A model generated the notes under the pieces. That model worked only from the letters and a program-made list of their open reading frames with translations. It was not told where the DNA came from and ran no database searches. From an uncultured bacterium (GTDB lineage: Bacteria > Bacteroidota > Bacteroidia > Chitinophagales > CAIODY01): a stretch of 64,000 bases of DNA. Both the position numbers and the translations under genes were made by a program. The DNA lies in contig CAIODY010000013.1 of NCBI GenBank assembly GCA_903857255.1, forward strand, positions 5,406-69,405, read 5' to 3'. The stretch's first letter is position 1. Each line of letters opens with the position of its first letter. This document shows, one piece after another, positions 22,501 to 31,570 of this stretch.

Positions 22501-25486
22501 TTGTGCAACCAAAATTATCTTTCACTACAAAATTGCAAGAAGAAGTAATGGGCGAATTATAACAAAAAGTATCTTTCAGCCAATTGCCATAAAGTGTATC
22601 GGAAATACCATTTCCAAAATTGATGATGGTGTAATTCGCAGCACTCATGCAATAGTTGGTTGCATTGTTGAACACCACACAATTTCCGCAATTAGCATTT
22701 AATGGCGTTGCTGTAATTTTCGGAAAAATATCATGAATGATGATGGTTGTAGATGCAGTATCGGCACATGTTGCACCACTTACAATCAATTTTACATGAT
22801 GAATGCCGCAATGCGAAAAAGTATGACATGGGCGAATTAAAGTTGAATCAACATTTGCATTTCCGCTTAATGTTGTTGAATCGCCAAACAACCATTTTAC
22901 ATTGTAATTATAAGGTCTGCCAGGTGTTGAATTTTCAGCAGTAAAACACCAATTGTATTTTGAACACTGCTCTGAATCAGTATTTGAAGGGTATAAATTT
23001 ATTTTGCCTAAATAATTTGTTACATAAATTGATTTAGTAACCGTATCTGCTGGGCAACCCAATGAATCATTTTTAAAAATCATCATCACTTGATAATTGC
23101 CAGCACTACAAAAGCAATGTGTGAAACTTGGTGCTTTGTTTCCGTTGATAGATTTTAAATGATAAACAGTTGGCGCACCGCAAGCCGCAGCAGTGATGAT
23201 AACTGTGATGGATGTAGAATCCAACGTATCAGTAATAGTTGGATAGATGATGTATTTCGGATTAAACTTTACACAAAAACTATTTGCGGCACCTGATTTA
23301 TTGCACAACACCGTATCATTGAATGAACCCAAAATTCCTTTCACAGTTACAGCATTTAAAAATGTAGTTGTATCAGGGCAACCATGATTCGTGATTGAAA
23401 AATTAGCATTGAATATTCCTAAATCGCTGATGCAAACCATTGCTGTATCACAACTAAATAAATCGCCATCGGGTTTGTTGGAATGAGGCGCAGTAAAAAA
23501 CCAATGACATCCTTCACCACATTTAGTGTTATTATTTGTTGAAGGAAGATGCGGAGTGGTGGGTGTAAATTGAAAACAAGCTGTACCATTTATCAAACAT
23601 TGTTCGGGTGGTGAAACCGTGAACTGTGCATGCAGCTTATGTCCTACGGGTACAGCTTTAGTTAGCGTCATCGTATCTTCACATACAACACCAGCAATGG
23701 CATGTGTAATGTGAACCACTTTTACTGTAAAACAAGTATCTAACAAACTGGTGTAGCAATGCGACATGTAACTACTGCTTGACGAAACATTCGGTGTGCC
23801 GTCACCAAAAATATAAACATACGCTGAATCAGTGCGATGATAAAAAACATCAACAGCCAATGAATCAACATGAATGGTTACGCAATTTGTATCGCAAGTT
23901 TTTGCGCCCGGGAAAATTATAAAACTTCCGCTTTGATGAATTTGTGAAACCCAAAATGAATCAACAGCGCAACAACCGCCATTGGTAACTGTTTGACAAA
24001 CTTTTAAATACACTTTAAATCTGCCATAGCCTGCAAATGTTGCACAAAATGAAGTACCAGTTGCAGCAGCATTGCCACTCATGTTGCCACTCCACCATTG
24101 AAAAATTGCATTGGTGTTAGAAGCATTTTGTTGCGCTTTAAAACAAAATGGATGATTAGTTGAACACCGCACTGTATCAGGATTTTGCTGATAAATATGG
24201 GCTAATGGCGAAGCATAAATTGTTATAGGAACACAACCCGAAAAAGTACCGACACAACTGTTGCAAGTGTTCGTTACTTGATTATTCAGCAAGCAAATAT
24301 TGTAGGTAGTTGCGGTTGAAATATTGCATGGCAAACTATAAAATGAATTTGTCGAATTAGTCACATTGCCCAATGTTATTGATGTTCCACCGCCTTGAGG
24401 TGTAGCAATTAATGTCGCATTATTGTAACAATTTTGTCCTGCGATGACAGGATTCATGTGAGAAGAAAGATTGACTTGAAAAGGCAATCCGCAACACAAA
24501 GCATGCGTTGAAAGGTGTAAACTATCTACCACAATATTTTGAATACAAATAGCTTGATTGACTGAATCCATTGATTTGCAGCCCGTCAGCGAATCTTGAA
24601 TAGCAACAATTATTTTTTTGCAACCAGGTGTAGTGAATGTAAACGAAGTATTCGAATTTCTTGTTGGTCCTGCTGATGGCGTATTTGGTGGCGATGAGGT
24701 AGGCGGAAACCAAAAACTATAAATCCCCGAACCAATTAACAAATTGCCTGTGGCTTGCACTGAAACGGTGGAAGGCACTGTGCAAGTACTACCACCATTC
24801 ACAGATAGTGAAACTGTTGGCAAACAAGGAACTGTTATGTAGCAAGGCTTTGTAACAACTTTTGAACAACCATGTGCATCAGTAACCGATAAACTAACTG
24901 TATAGCAAGGCGGATTTGTTGATTTGCAATTATAAGTGTGTGACACAGTATTTGCATTTGCCGTAGGCGTTGTTGTATTATCGCCCCAATACCATGTCAA
25001 AGGTCCGTACGGCGGTGAGCCTTGTGAAATATTTGGTGTAAATGTGGTGGTTAAATTTCCACAACTAAAAGTATCTGTGGCTGAAAAATCAGGTGCAGGA
25101 AATGGATACACAATTGCCACACATTGACAAAAGGAATCCACTTGATGGGTTGTACGATTGAATACATACAAACACACTTTGTATGAACCATCAACAGTGA
25201 GCGAATAACTATTGTTGTTGGTTGCCAAGCCACCCGTTTTTGATGCAATAAATGTTAATCCCCACGGACCAGTGCAATTGTGATTGGAACTAATTTGCTC
25301 TTTCCAAACTGCTGAATCGTAAGTACCTGTTGAGCAATTGACCAATGGCAAAAAAAATGGACCACATTGCGAAATCGGAAAACTACCGCCACCAACCGCA
25401 CTAAAACAAGCATGTAATGTTTGTGCTTGAATTTCGTTGCATGTAATGGAAAACAGCAGTAAAAAAATTAAGGTTTTTTTCATCAC
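19553..25486 (-). CDS. Giant Cys-rich PKD-repeat surface protein with T9SS type B (gliding-motility-associated) CTD
   Basis: Signal peptide; W-x-FGDG repeats; C-terminal YIPNAFEP...IYDRWG...GWDGTFNG...GVYMY...GNVTLIR. Confidence 0.9.
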   Translation of the reverse strand: MMKKTLIFLLLFSITCNEIQAQTLHACFSAVGGGSFPISQCGPFFLPLVNCSTGTYDSAVWKEQISSNHNCTGPWGLTFIASKTGGLATNNNSYSLTVDGSYKVCLYVFNRTTHQVDSFCQCVAIVYPFPAPDFSATDTFSCGNLTTTFTPNISQGSPPYGPLTWYWGDNTTTPTANANTVSHTYNCKSTNPPCYTVSLSVTDAHGCSKVVTKPCYITVPCLPTVSLSVNGGSTCTVPSTVSVQATGNLLIGSGIYSFWFPPTSSPPNTPSAGPTRNSNTSFTFTTPGCKKIIVAIQDSLTGCKSMDSVNQAICIQNIVVDSLHLSTHALCCGLPFQVNLSSHMNPVIAGQNCYNNATLIATPQGGGTSITLGNVTNSTNSFYSLPCNISTATTYNICLLNNQVTNTCNSCVGTFSGCVPITIYASPLAHIYQQNPDTVRCSTNHPFCFKAQQNASNTNAIFQWWSGNMSGNAAATGTSFCATFAGYGRFKVYLKVCQTVTNGGCCAVDSFWVSQIHQSGSFIIFPGAKTCDTNCVTIHVDSLAVDVFYHRTDSAYVYIFGDGTPNVSSSSSYMSHCYTSLLDTCFTVKVVHITHAIAGVVCEDTMTLTKAVPVGHKLHAQFTVSPPEQCLINGTACFQFTPTTPHLPSTNNNTKCGEGCHWFFTAPHSNKPDGDLFSCDTAMVCISDLGIFNANFSITNHGCPDTTTFLNAVTVKGILGSFNDTVLCNKSGAANSFCVKFNPKYIIYPTITDTLDSTSITVIITAAACGAPTVYHLKSINGNKAPSFTHCFCSAGNYQVMMIFKNDSLGCPADTVTKSIYVTNYLGKINLYPSNTDSEQCSKYNWCFTAENSTPGRPYNYNVKWLFGDSTTLSGNANVDSTLIRPCHTFSHCGIHHVKLIVSGATCADTASTTIIIHDIFPKITATPLNANCGNCVVFNNATNYCMSAANYTIINFGNGISDTLYGNWLKDTFCYNSPITSSCNFVVKDNFGCTKTGTITINSINGITPCISGYTDTAVCIGATINLSDCSTGIISTRCWTMSNTACTTVGTCVSSTSTFSQTFNTAGYHYINLHLTNIYGCSADTCVKIHVSNPIANFSGADTISCPGSFDSLLNITTGAYDQLTVSMSSAPLNFYATFNYSRNSPIGIPHKVGIPVGYPGDYTICWKVTSLFGCSDSICKPLHVSGPIGHLQCSNVYGCVGDSICCTLVTNSTQNPIIKYPDGSFDVLPHNGSGVYNFCHRYFVIGHQLVQAFIDDGIGCSYPVADTVHIDGPIANFSWTPYLKDFCGKADVTMIDSSIASLYPIDTAHYQWYIYDANNNLFASYFHHIPHVIITTPGSYSMKLIIESLHGCFDTILKPFVRVHAYPIAQFSSIPDTICTNGCVHFTNLSINPDPVKNYHWYFNWNSLTPVDTARNPQYCYTSIGTYQIVLVDSSIYNCIDTSQIKVVVVLSNFIMSFNIIHDTICGNSGTTYFQSTSLPSTGLICKWDFGDGNTTNFSTTNTIVSHNYNLPNGVSDTCFTTKFYAKNISGCFDSLTKQVCISKLPPVAISKGSTQSCNPLQTFFTDNNANIGIVNYQINFGDGSANYQSNIAPNHFLKTYYNTSRTTPADYTATYTITNKYNCSSSLQDTFTVNPIPLACAGANDSICPGIPFKLGCPPQVGSNYNWFLPTGTNIFHPNNFIAQPTITIFQKDSFSLAVVNQWGCKDTNKIVLTVRNFIVPDAGHDTLVCVGDSIHLFANGGLSYQWIQMSTHQIISTLPKIKVRVTGNETYRVVITGNCNQDSVDIHVHVFPPPKISISPSSVNIYAGQQYNIKPDTTNNGTLQWLPDYNISCLNCYSPTVFPDVNTTYQVKFTDEYGCLDTSQITFIVLCDKNKSLYIPNAFEPKPTAKFENRFFYVLGSGIKELQFLRIYDRWGNEIFKAEHVQIGKPEAGWDGTFNGKPMMSGVYMYQLQVECVDGTLFPIAGNVTLIR

Positions 25487-25614
25487 AATTTGGAGTAAAT
25501 GTAGGGATTACATTTTATTCCCTTTATAAAGACCATTTGCATTTATAAAATGTTGCTTAGCAATAAATTTAATTTTATGAAGTGCGATGGAAATTGTTTT
25601 CTCGACACAGAAAA

Positions 25615-26298
25615 TTATTTCTTGATTTCCAAATCATAATTCAATTTCAACACTAATGAAAGTCCTGAAATTTTAAAAGCGCCAATGCTTTCAAATGGTT
25701 GATAATTAGGCATTGTGGCAGCAATTGTTCCTCGGCTTAAATAAGCTTTATAGTTGTAATCATTTTGCAAAACAGAAGCAATGATGTTATAGCCAATACC
25801 AAATTGCACACTCATTTTGTTGCTGACTTTTGTTTCTAAGCAAGTGTTCCATTCAATGGTTTGATAAGTGTTTGAGAACTTTAAAGTAGTTTGATAATTG
25901 CCATAATAATTTGGGATAATCACATCATCCTTCCTATTCATTTTTGCAAAGCCTAACAACAAATAATTTTTCCAGAACCAATATTTTTTGATTCTACTTT
26001 TCGTTACCAAACCTGCATAAAACCTAAATCCTTCGATAGATGGATTGCTTACATTGTTAGGGCGATTGATTAGATTAGAAAGCGAATTGAAATCGTATTC
26101 AGCTTTTATCAGCATCCCGATATTGCGATGAGGATAATATGCAAAACCCAGATTGGGCGCAAGATTTACTAATTGAAAAGCATTCATTTCTATTGTTGCG
26201 GCTTGCTTACAATCGCAATCGGTTGAATCAATTTTTGTGGAAGCGAAAGTGGAATTGAACAGGAATAGAAATAAAAAAAGGAAGTAATAATGTTTCAT
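25615..26298 (-). CDS. Exported hypothetical protein, probable small outer-membrane beta-barrel
   Basis: Signal peptide, alternating amphipathic strands, C-terminal LKLNYDL. Confidence 0.6.
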   Translation of the reverse strand: MKHYYFLFLFLFLFNSTFASTKIDSTDCDCKQAATIEMNAFQLVNLAPNLGFAYYPHRNIGMLIKAEYDFNSLSNLINRPNNVSNPSIEGFRFYAGLVTKSRIKKYWFWKNYLLLGFAKMNRKDDVIIPNYYGNYQTTLKFSNTYQTIEWNTCLETKVSNKMSVQFGIGYNIIASVLQNDYNYKAYLSRGTIAATMPNYQPFESIGAFKISGLSLVLKLNYDLEIKK

Positions 26299-26312
26299 TG
26301 TTAAGGTAAGAT

Positions 26313-26354
26313 AAAAACAAAATGCGGCTCAAAAAATTCTTCAAACATTTTTGT
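26313..26354. repeat. Degenerate copy of the dnaK terminator (direct repeat of 27973-28014)
   Basis: 26/28 identity over the first 28 nt, plus terminal TTTTGT at the same spacing. Confidence 0.7.
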
Positions 26355-26486
26355 TCTGTCAGAAGAAAAGAAATAAATGATTTACGAAACATTCTTTGGA
26401 ATATAGGGTGGTTGTGGCTTTTAACTTTTCCAATGAAATATTCAGAAGCTATAAAAATATTAAAGAGTAGTTGATAACTATACCGA

Positions 26487-27908
26487 TTATCTAAAATTTA
26501 CATTAGTTAAATCCATCTTTTTCTTTCTTGGTAAACCATCCATTACTTCCTTTTTTGAAATTGTTAGCTCTCCATGTTCTCCTTTTGGATACCCCCAAGG
26601 TTGAGGTTTTGTTTCCAAGTCATAATTCCAATTTGCGTATAAAGTATCAAACATCAAGTTCTTATATTCACAAAACATTTCGGTTTTTAAATCATAGGTA
26701 AGACGACTATCATCTAAAGTCATAATTTTACCATCAAATTTTTTTGAAAAAATAATATCGTTTCCATGTTTCACAATTTTTACAGTATCTACTTTTTTAA
26801 AACTGAAATCCAGAATACTAATATTGCTATCAGTAAATTCTACAATCATTTTTCTTTTTATGTCCTCTTTAGAAGTAGGGGCTGGTTCCGTGAGTCTCAT
26901 GAGACTATAGTTTAATGAGATTTTGCTAATAGATTTATTAGTGTATTCTATTTCTAATTTAGCGGAATCACCAAATTTCTTCTCATAATCAAGTTCAGGA
27001 TAATCTGCAAAAGTCATTCCTGGCAAACTATCATATGAAAAACAAGTGAAAAAAATTGTTTTATTCTCATCAACTTTTGTTGAATAAAATTTTTGATTAC
27101 CAATAAAAAAAATACTTTTAGAGGTAGTATTTATACGATTGGCTAAATTAAACTTAATATTTTTGATATAAGAAAGGCAATGAGCATATTTGTAATCCAT
27201 TGATGTTTTACGACCCAAATCAAAAGCTATATAACTTTGTAATAAAAAAACAAAATCACTTAATGGCAAATCTTCACCATTTGTATATATTATTTTAAGA
27301 TTGGGCATTTTTATTACTTTTTTAGCGTCAAACAAATAAAATCGGGTGCTATGAAATTCGTACAGTTGATGGAGCTTATAAAAAGATTCGGGAATTGCTA
27401 AACAAATTGGTAAAGGATAAGAAGATAATTCATTAGTTGTTATTGTATAAATTTTTTGAACTGAAGTAAAATTTCCAATATTGTTAGGCAAGCCCAACTC
27501 TGAGTAAACATATATATGCTTTACACTTTCCAGGTTTTTAGCACTTAAAGGAACATTATTCTTGCTGTCAAACGACTTTTCAAATAAAACCAATTTTGAA
27601 ATTTTTTCTTTGCCGATATACTCATACTCACCTTTTTTATTTTTTCTAAAATTTTTATAATACTGTGGGTTTGTTCTCGGAGAGAAAGAATAAAAAGTTG
27701 AATCATATCCAGAATACAGGCACTTCGGATTCTGATAATCAGCGTTTTCACAATTGATAATGAAATTATAAACTGTTGAATCAGGCATGAATAACATTTC
27801 TTTTCCTTCATCTATGGTGCTTCCTTGGTCTGCATTTTTTAATGCAGTAGTATCTCCAGTTTTGAAAAAAAGAGAAAGCAATAACGATATTTTGATAAGC
27901 AGAGTCAT
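26487..27908 (-). CDS. AT-rich exported hypothetical protein with a few LRR-like segments
   Basis: 473-aa ORF, hydrophobic N-terminus, LPNNIGNFTSVQKI and IPESFYKLHQL. Confidence 0.65.
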   Translation of the reverse strand: MTLLIKISLLLSLFFKTGDTTALKNADQGSTIDEGKEMLFMPDSTVYNFIINCENADYQNPKCLYSGYDSTFYSFSPRTNPQYYKNFRKNKKGEYEYIGKEKISKLVLFEKSFDSKNNVPLSAKNLESVKHIYVYSELGLPNNIGNFTSVQKIYTITTNELSSYPLPICLAIPESFYKLHQLYEFHSTRFYLFDAKKVIKMPNLKIIYTNGEDLPLSDFVFLLQSYIAFDLGRKTSMDYKYAHCLSYIKNIKFNLANRINTTSKSIFFIGNQKFYSTKVDENKTIFFTCFSYDSLPGMTFADYPELDYEKKFGDSAKLEIEYTNKSISKISLNYSLMRLTEPAPTSKEDIKRKMIVEFTDSNISILDFSFKKVDTVKIVKHGNDIIFSKKFDGKIMTLDDSRLTYDLKTEMFCEYKNLMFDTLYANWNYDLETKPQPWGYPKGEHGELTISKKEVMDGLPRKKKMDLTNVNFR

Positions 27909-27976
27909 TGGAAAGAAACAATTTAGAATCGAATTATACGAAGGTAACTGATTTTAGTTTTAGCATTTCCCCAAAA

Positions 27977-28014
27977 ACAAAAAGCGGCTCAGAAAATTCT
28001 GAACCGCCTTTTGT
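27977..28014 (-). terminator. Rho-independent terminator of dnaK
   Basis: CAAAAAGCGGCTCAGAA/TTCTGAACCGCCTTTTG hairpin followed by a T-run on the minus strand. Confidence 0.75.
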
Positions 28015-28044
28015 ACCTAAAAAACACTCTATAAACCTCTCTTT

Positions 28045-28122
28045 AGTTATTGGTTATTGAGTTACTAAGTTATTAGTAAGAAAAATGTATTTACTAATAA
28101 CCAATAACAAGTAACTAATAAC
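28045..28122. repeat. Inverted array of 7-8-nt repeats (GTTATTG/A ... C/TAATAAC)
   Basis: AGTTATTGGTTATTGAGTTACTAAGTTATTAGTAA ... TTACTAATAACCAATAACAAGTAACTAATAAC right after the dnaK stop. Confidence 0.75.
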
Positions 28123-30039
28123 TTACTTTTTTTCGTCTTTCACTTCTTCAAAAGCTACATCTTCTACATTGTCGCTTTTGTTTTCAGCCGATGGATTGCC
28201 TTCAGCATTTGGTTGTGCACCAGCAGCTTGTTGTTCGTTCATCGCTTTGTATAATTCTTCTGAAGCAGCCATCCAAGCATCATTCAAAGTTTTCAAATTA
28301 GTTTCGATAGCAGCGATGTCTTGTGCTGTGTGTGCTATTTTTAATTCAGCTAAAGCTGCTTCAATAGCCGCTTTTTTATCAGCACTTAATTTTTCGCCGT
28401 ATTCTTTCAACTGTTTTTCAGTTTGGAAAATATTGCTATCTGCTTCGTTTAATTTTTCAACTCTTTCTTTTTCTTTTTTATCTGATTCTTCGTTGGCTTT
28501 AGCTTCAGCTTTCATTTTTTCAACTTCTTCTTTGCTCAAACCTGTTGAAGATTCAATGCGGATTGATTGAGATTTGTTAGTGCCTTTATCCAAAGCGCTG
28601 ATGCTCATGATACCATTTGCATCAATATCAAAACTCACTTCAATTTGTGGCAAACCACGTGGAGCAGGTGGAATTCCATCTAAATGGAAACGACCTAATG
28701 TTCTGTTATCCTTTGCCATGGCTCGTTCGCCTTGTAACACATGAATTTCAACACTTGGTTGTCCATCGCTGGCAGTTGAAAAAGTTTGCGATTTTTTTGT
28801 AGGAATAGTAGTGTTCGATTCAATTAATCGAGTCATTACACCGCCCATTGTTTCGATGCCCACTGATAAAGGTGTAACATCCAACAACAATACATCTTTC
28901 ACTTCGCCAGTTAAAACACCACCTTGAATAGCAGCACCAATCGCAACCACTTCATCAGGATTAACACCTTTTGATGGTTTTTTTCCGAAGAATTTTTCAA
29001 CCATTTCTACCACTTTTGGGATACGAGTTGAACCACCTACTAATAATATTTCGTCAATTTGTGAAGTGCTGTAACCTGCATCAGCAATAGCTTTTTTGCA
29101 AGGTTCCATCATTCTTGAAAATAAATCATCGCACAATTGTTCAAATTTTGCACGAGTTAATTTTTTAACCAAATGCTTAGGCACACCATCAACAGCAGTG
29201 ATATAAGGCAAGTTGATTTCAGTTTCGTTAGAAGATGATAATTCAACTTTAGCTTTTTCAGCAGCTTCTTTCAAGCGTTGTAAAGCCATTGGGTCTTTTC
29301 TCAAATCCATTCTTTCTTCAGCTTGAAATTCATCAGCTAACCAAGTGATAATTTTTTGGTCGAAGTCATCACCACCTAAGTGTGTATCACCATTTGTTGA
29401 TTTTACTTCGAATACGCCATCACCCAAATCCAATACTGAAATATCGAAAGTGCCACCACCTAAGTCGAACACAGCCACTTTCATGTCTTTATGTGCTTTA
29501 TCCAAGCCATAAGCCAAAGCCGCAGCAGTAGGTTCGTTGATGATACGCATTACTTTCAAACCAGCAATTTCGCCAGCTTCTTTAGTAGCCTGACGTTGAC
29601 TATCATTAAAGTAAGCAGGTACTGTGATTACAGCTTCTGTTACTGTAGTTCCTAAATAATCTTCAGCAGTTTTTTTCATTTTTTGCAAAACGATAGCTGA
29701 AATTTCTTGCGGTGAATATTTTCTGTCGCCAATTTCGATTCTGCAAGAATCGCCATCACCAGCCACCACTTTGTATGGCATTTTAGCAGCTTCACCTTTT
29801 GATTCGCTGAAACGTGCACCCATAAAACGTTTTACTGATGCTACAGTGTTTGTTGGATTGGTAATAGCCTGACGTTTTGCAGGGTCACCCACTTTACGTT
29901 CGCCATTAGCCAAGAAACCAATGATAGAAGGTGTTGTTCTTCTGCCTTCGTCATTAGCAATTACAACAGGCTCGTTGCCTTCCATTACGGATACGCAGCT
30001 GTTGGTTGTTCCTAAATCGATTCCGATAATTTTTCCCAT
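28123..30039 (-). CDS. dnaK: Chaperone DnaK
   Basis: [25 protein letters not shown]. Confidence 0.99.
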   Translation of the reverse strand: MGKIIGIDLGTTNSCVSVMEGNEPVVIANDEGRRTTPSIIGFLANGERKVGDPAKRQAITNPTNTVASVKRFMGARFSESKGEAAKMPYKVVAGDGDSCRIEIGDRKYSPQEISAIVLQKMKKTAEDYLGTTVTEAVITVPAYFNDSQRQATKEAGEIAGLKVMRIINEPTAAALAYGLDKAHKDMKVAVFDLGGGTFDISVLDLGDGVFEVKSTNGDTHLGGDDFDQKIITWLADEFQAEERMDLRKDPMALQRLKEAAEKAKVELSSSNETEINLPYITAVDGVPKHLVKKLTRAKFEQLCDDLFSRMMEPCKKAIADAGYSTSQIDEILLVGGSTRIPKVVEMVEKFFGKKPSKGVNPDEVVAIGAAIQGGVLTGEVKDVLLLDVTPLSVGIETMGGVMTRLIESNTTIPTKKSQTFSTASDGQPSVEIHVLQGERAMAKDNRTLGRFHLDGIPPAPRGLPQIEVSFDIDANGIMSISALDKGTNKSQSIRIESSTGLSKEEVEKMKAEAKANEESDKKEKERVEKLNEADSNIFQTEKQLKEYGEKLSADKKAAIEAALAELKIAHTAQDIAAIETNLKTLNDAWMAASEELYKAMNEQQAAGAQPNAEGNPSAENKSDNVEDVAFEEVKDEKK

Positions 30040-30094
30040 GATAATTTGTGTTTTAATTTTTTTTGAAAATGTTTTTCAGTGTGATGGGCTATAG

Positions 30095-30109
30095 TCAAGC
30101 ATAGTGCCA
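30095..30109 (-). promoter_or_regulatory. sigma54-like -24/-12 box upstream of dnaK
   Basis: Minus strand TGGCAC-TATGC-TTGA. Confidence 0.5.
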
Positions 30110-30289
30110 TTGCTGAATTTGGTCTTTTTTTGAAAATAATAATTCATTTTGGCAGAGAAACGGAAGAACGAACTGACAAAGGCGCAAAATTGCTGACAAT
30201 ATTTTGGCACAATTACTGCCTACTTACAATCGCAAATCTTTATTTAGCTTTGCATCGTAAATTCAAAATCAAAAAACAATTTTAAATTA

Positions 30290-30829
30290 ATGAAAAAGAT
30301 TTTCTTTTTAGCTGCAATAGTTGTGGCTGCTGCATCGGTAGTGAGCATTGCTGCTTTCAACAAAACAAAAGTAATGATGTATGCTTCGCCTGTGAATGGT
30401 GAAAAAGCGCCCAATTTAATTTATAAAAATCCTGAAGATAAAGTGATGGCTTTAAGTGAATTGAAAGGTAAAATGGTGTTGATTGATTTTTGGGCAAGCT
30501 GGTGTGGCCCATGCCGAATGACAAATCCGTATATCGTTCAGATTTATAATAAATATCATGATAAAAAATTCAAAAACGGAAAAGGCTTTGAAGTGTTCAG
30601 CGTTTCATTAGACCAAGATAAAGGGAAGTGGATGGCAGCAATTAAAAATGATGGATTGGTTTGGCCTTATCATGTGAGCGACTTAGGCGGCTGGAATAGT
30701 GCAGCAGCAAGAGCTTACGGCGTTAATTCTATTCCGCATGGTTTTTTAATAAATGGAGATGGTGTAATTATTGGCGCCAATGTTCATCCTGATGAAATTG
30801 TGAAATTACTGGATGAGAATTTGAAATAA
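30290..30829 (+). CDS. TlpA/ResA-family thiol-disulfide oxidoreductase
   Basis: DFWASWCGPCR; signal peptide; TAGCTTTG -7 box at 30245. Confidence 0.92.
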   Translation: MKKIFFLAAIVVAAASVVSIAAFNKTKVMMYASPVNGEKAPNLIYKNPEDKVMALSELKGKMVLIDFWASWCGPCRMTNPYIVQIYNKYHDKKFKNGKGFEVFSVSLDQDKGKWMAAIKNDGLVWPYHVSDLGGWNSAAARAYGVNSIPHGFLINGDGVIIGANVHPDEIVKLLDENLK

Positions 30830-30855
30830 ATTCTGTCAAATTGTCGAAAATATTG

Positions 30856-30884
30856 CAATGGCAAGCCGTTTGAGCTTGCCATTG
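30856..30884 (+). terminator. Hairpin after tlpA, overlapping a sigma54-like box for grpE
   Basis: CAATGGCAAGC/GCTTGCCATTG stem; TGGCAA-GCCGT-TTGA at 30859-30873. Confidence 0.5.
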
Positions 30885-30928
30885 TTGTTTATAAAATATT
30901 ACATTTGCACCCCGAAAAAAATTGAATA

Positions 30929-31471
30929 ATGGAAGAGAATAAAAATGTTGACCAAATGGAGAATACTGCATCCGCGGTTGAAACGAGCGTAGAAGAACAG
31001 GCAATTCCTGAGCAAACGAAATCAGAGTTGGAAAAAGCACAGGAAGAATTATCTGCCGAAAAGGACAGATATATCCGCCTTTTTGCCGAATTTGATAATT
31101 TCAAAAAACGCACTTCAAAAGAGCGTTTGGAATTGATTCAAACGGCTGGAAAAGAAGTGGTGGTAAGCATGTTGCCTGTGTTAGATGATTTTGAAAGAGC
31201 ATTGAAACAAATGGAAACAGCACAAGATTTGGCTGCCGTGAAAGAAGGTGTGCAAATGATTCACAACAAATTCAAAGCAACTTTAGAGCAAAAAGGATTG
31301 AAAGAAATGCAAGCTATTCAGCAGGAATTTAATGCTGATGTGCACGAAGCGATTACAGAAATTCCTGCACCCACAGCCGATTTGAAAGGCAAAGTAATTG
31401 ACCAAGTGGAGAAAGGTTATTATCTGTTTGATAAAATAATTCGCTTCGCAAAGGTGGTTGTTGGAAAGTGA
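30929..31471 (+). CDS. grpE: Nucleotide exchange factor GrpE
   Basis: RLFAEFDNFKKR, LPVLDDFERA, HEAI, KGY...RFAKVVV. Confidence 0.97.
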   Translation: MEENKNVDQMENTASAVETSVEEQAIPEQTKSELEKAQEELSAEKDRYIRLFAEFDNFKKRTSKERLELIQTAGKEVVVSMLPVLDDFERALKQMETAQDLAAVKEGVQMIHNKFKATLEQKGLKEMQAIQQEFNADVHEAITEIPAPTADLKGKVIDQVEKGYYLFDKIIRFAKVVVGK

Positions 31472-31557
31472 TAGAACACGGATAACACTGATTGGTAATG
31501 ATTTTCACGGATTAAATCTTTCCAATCATAAAAAATCATTTCAAATCCGTGTGCTAT
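31471..31557. repeat. REP/MITE-like inverted repeat (CACGGAT type) between grpE and dnaJ
   Basis: ATAGAACACGGAT ... ATCCGTGTGCTAT with 1 mismatch and an inner CACGGAT copy. Confidence 0.7.
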
Positions 31558-31570
31558 AAAAAAAATAAAA

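Noticed and set aside
28169-28802. Antisense ORFs within dnaK, and similar shadow ORFs in fbp, marC, hflX, icmF and the PKD genes
   Set aside because: Fully overlap well-supported genes, carry no motifs, and are typical antisense artefacts
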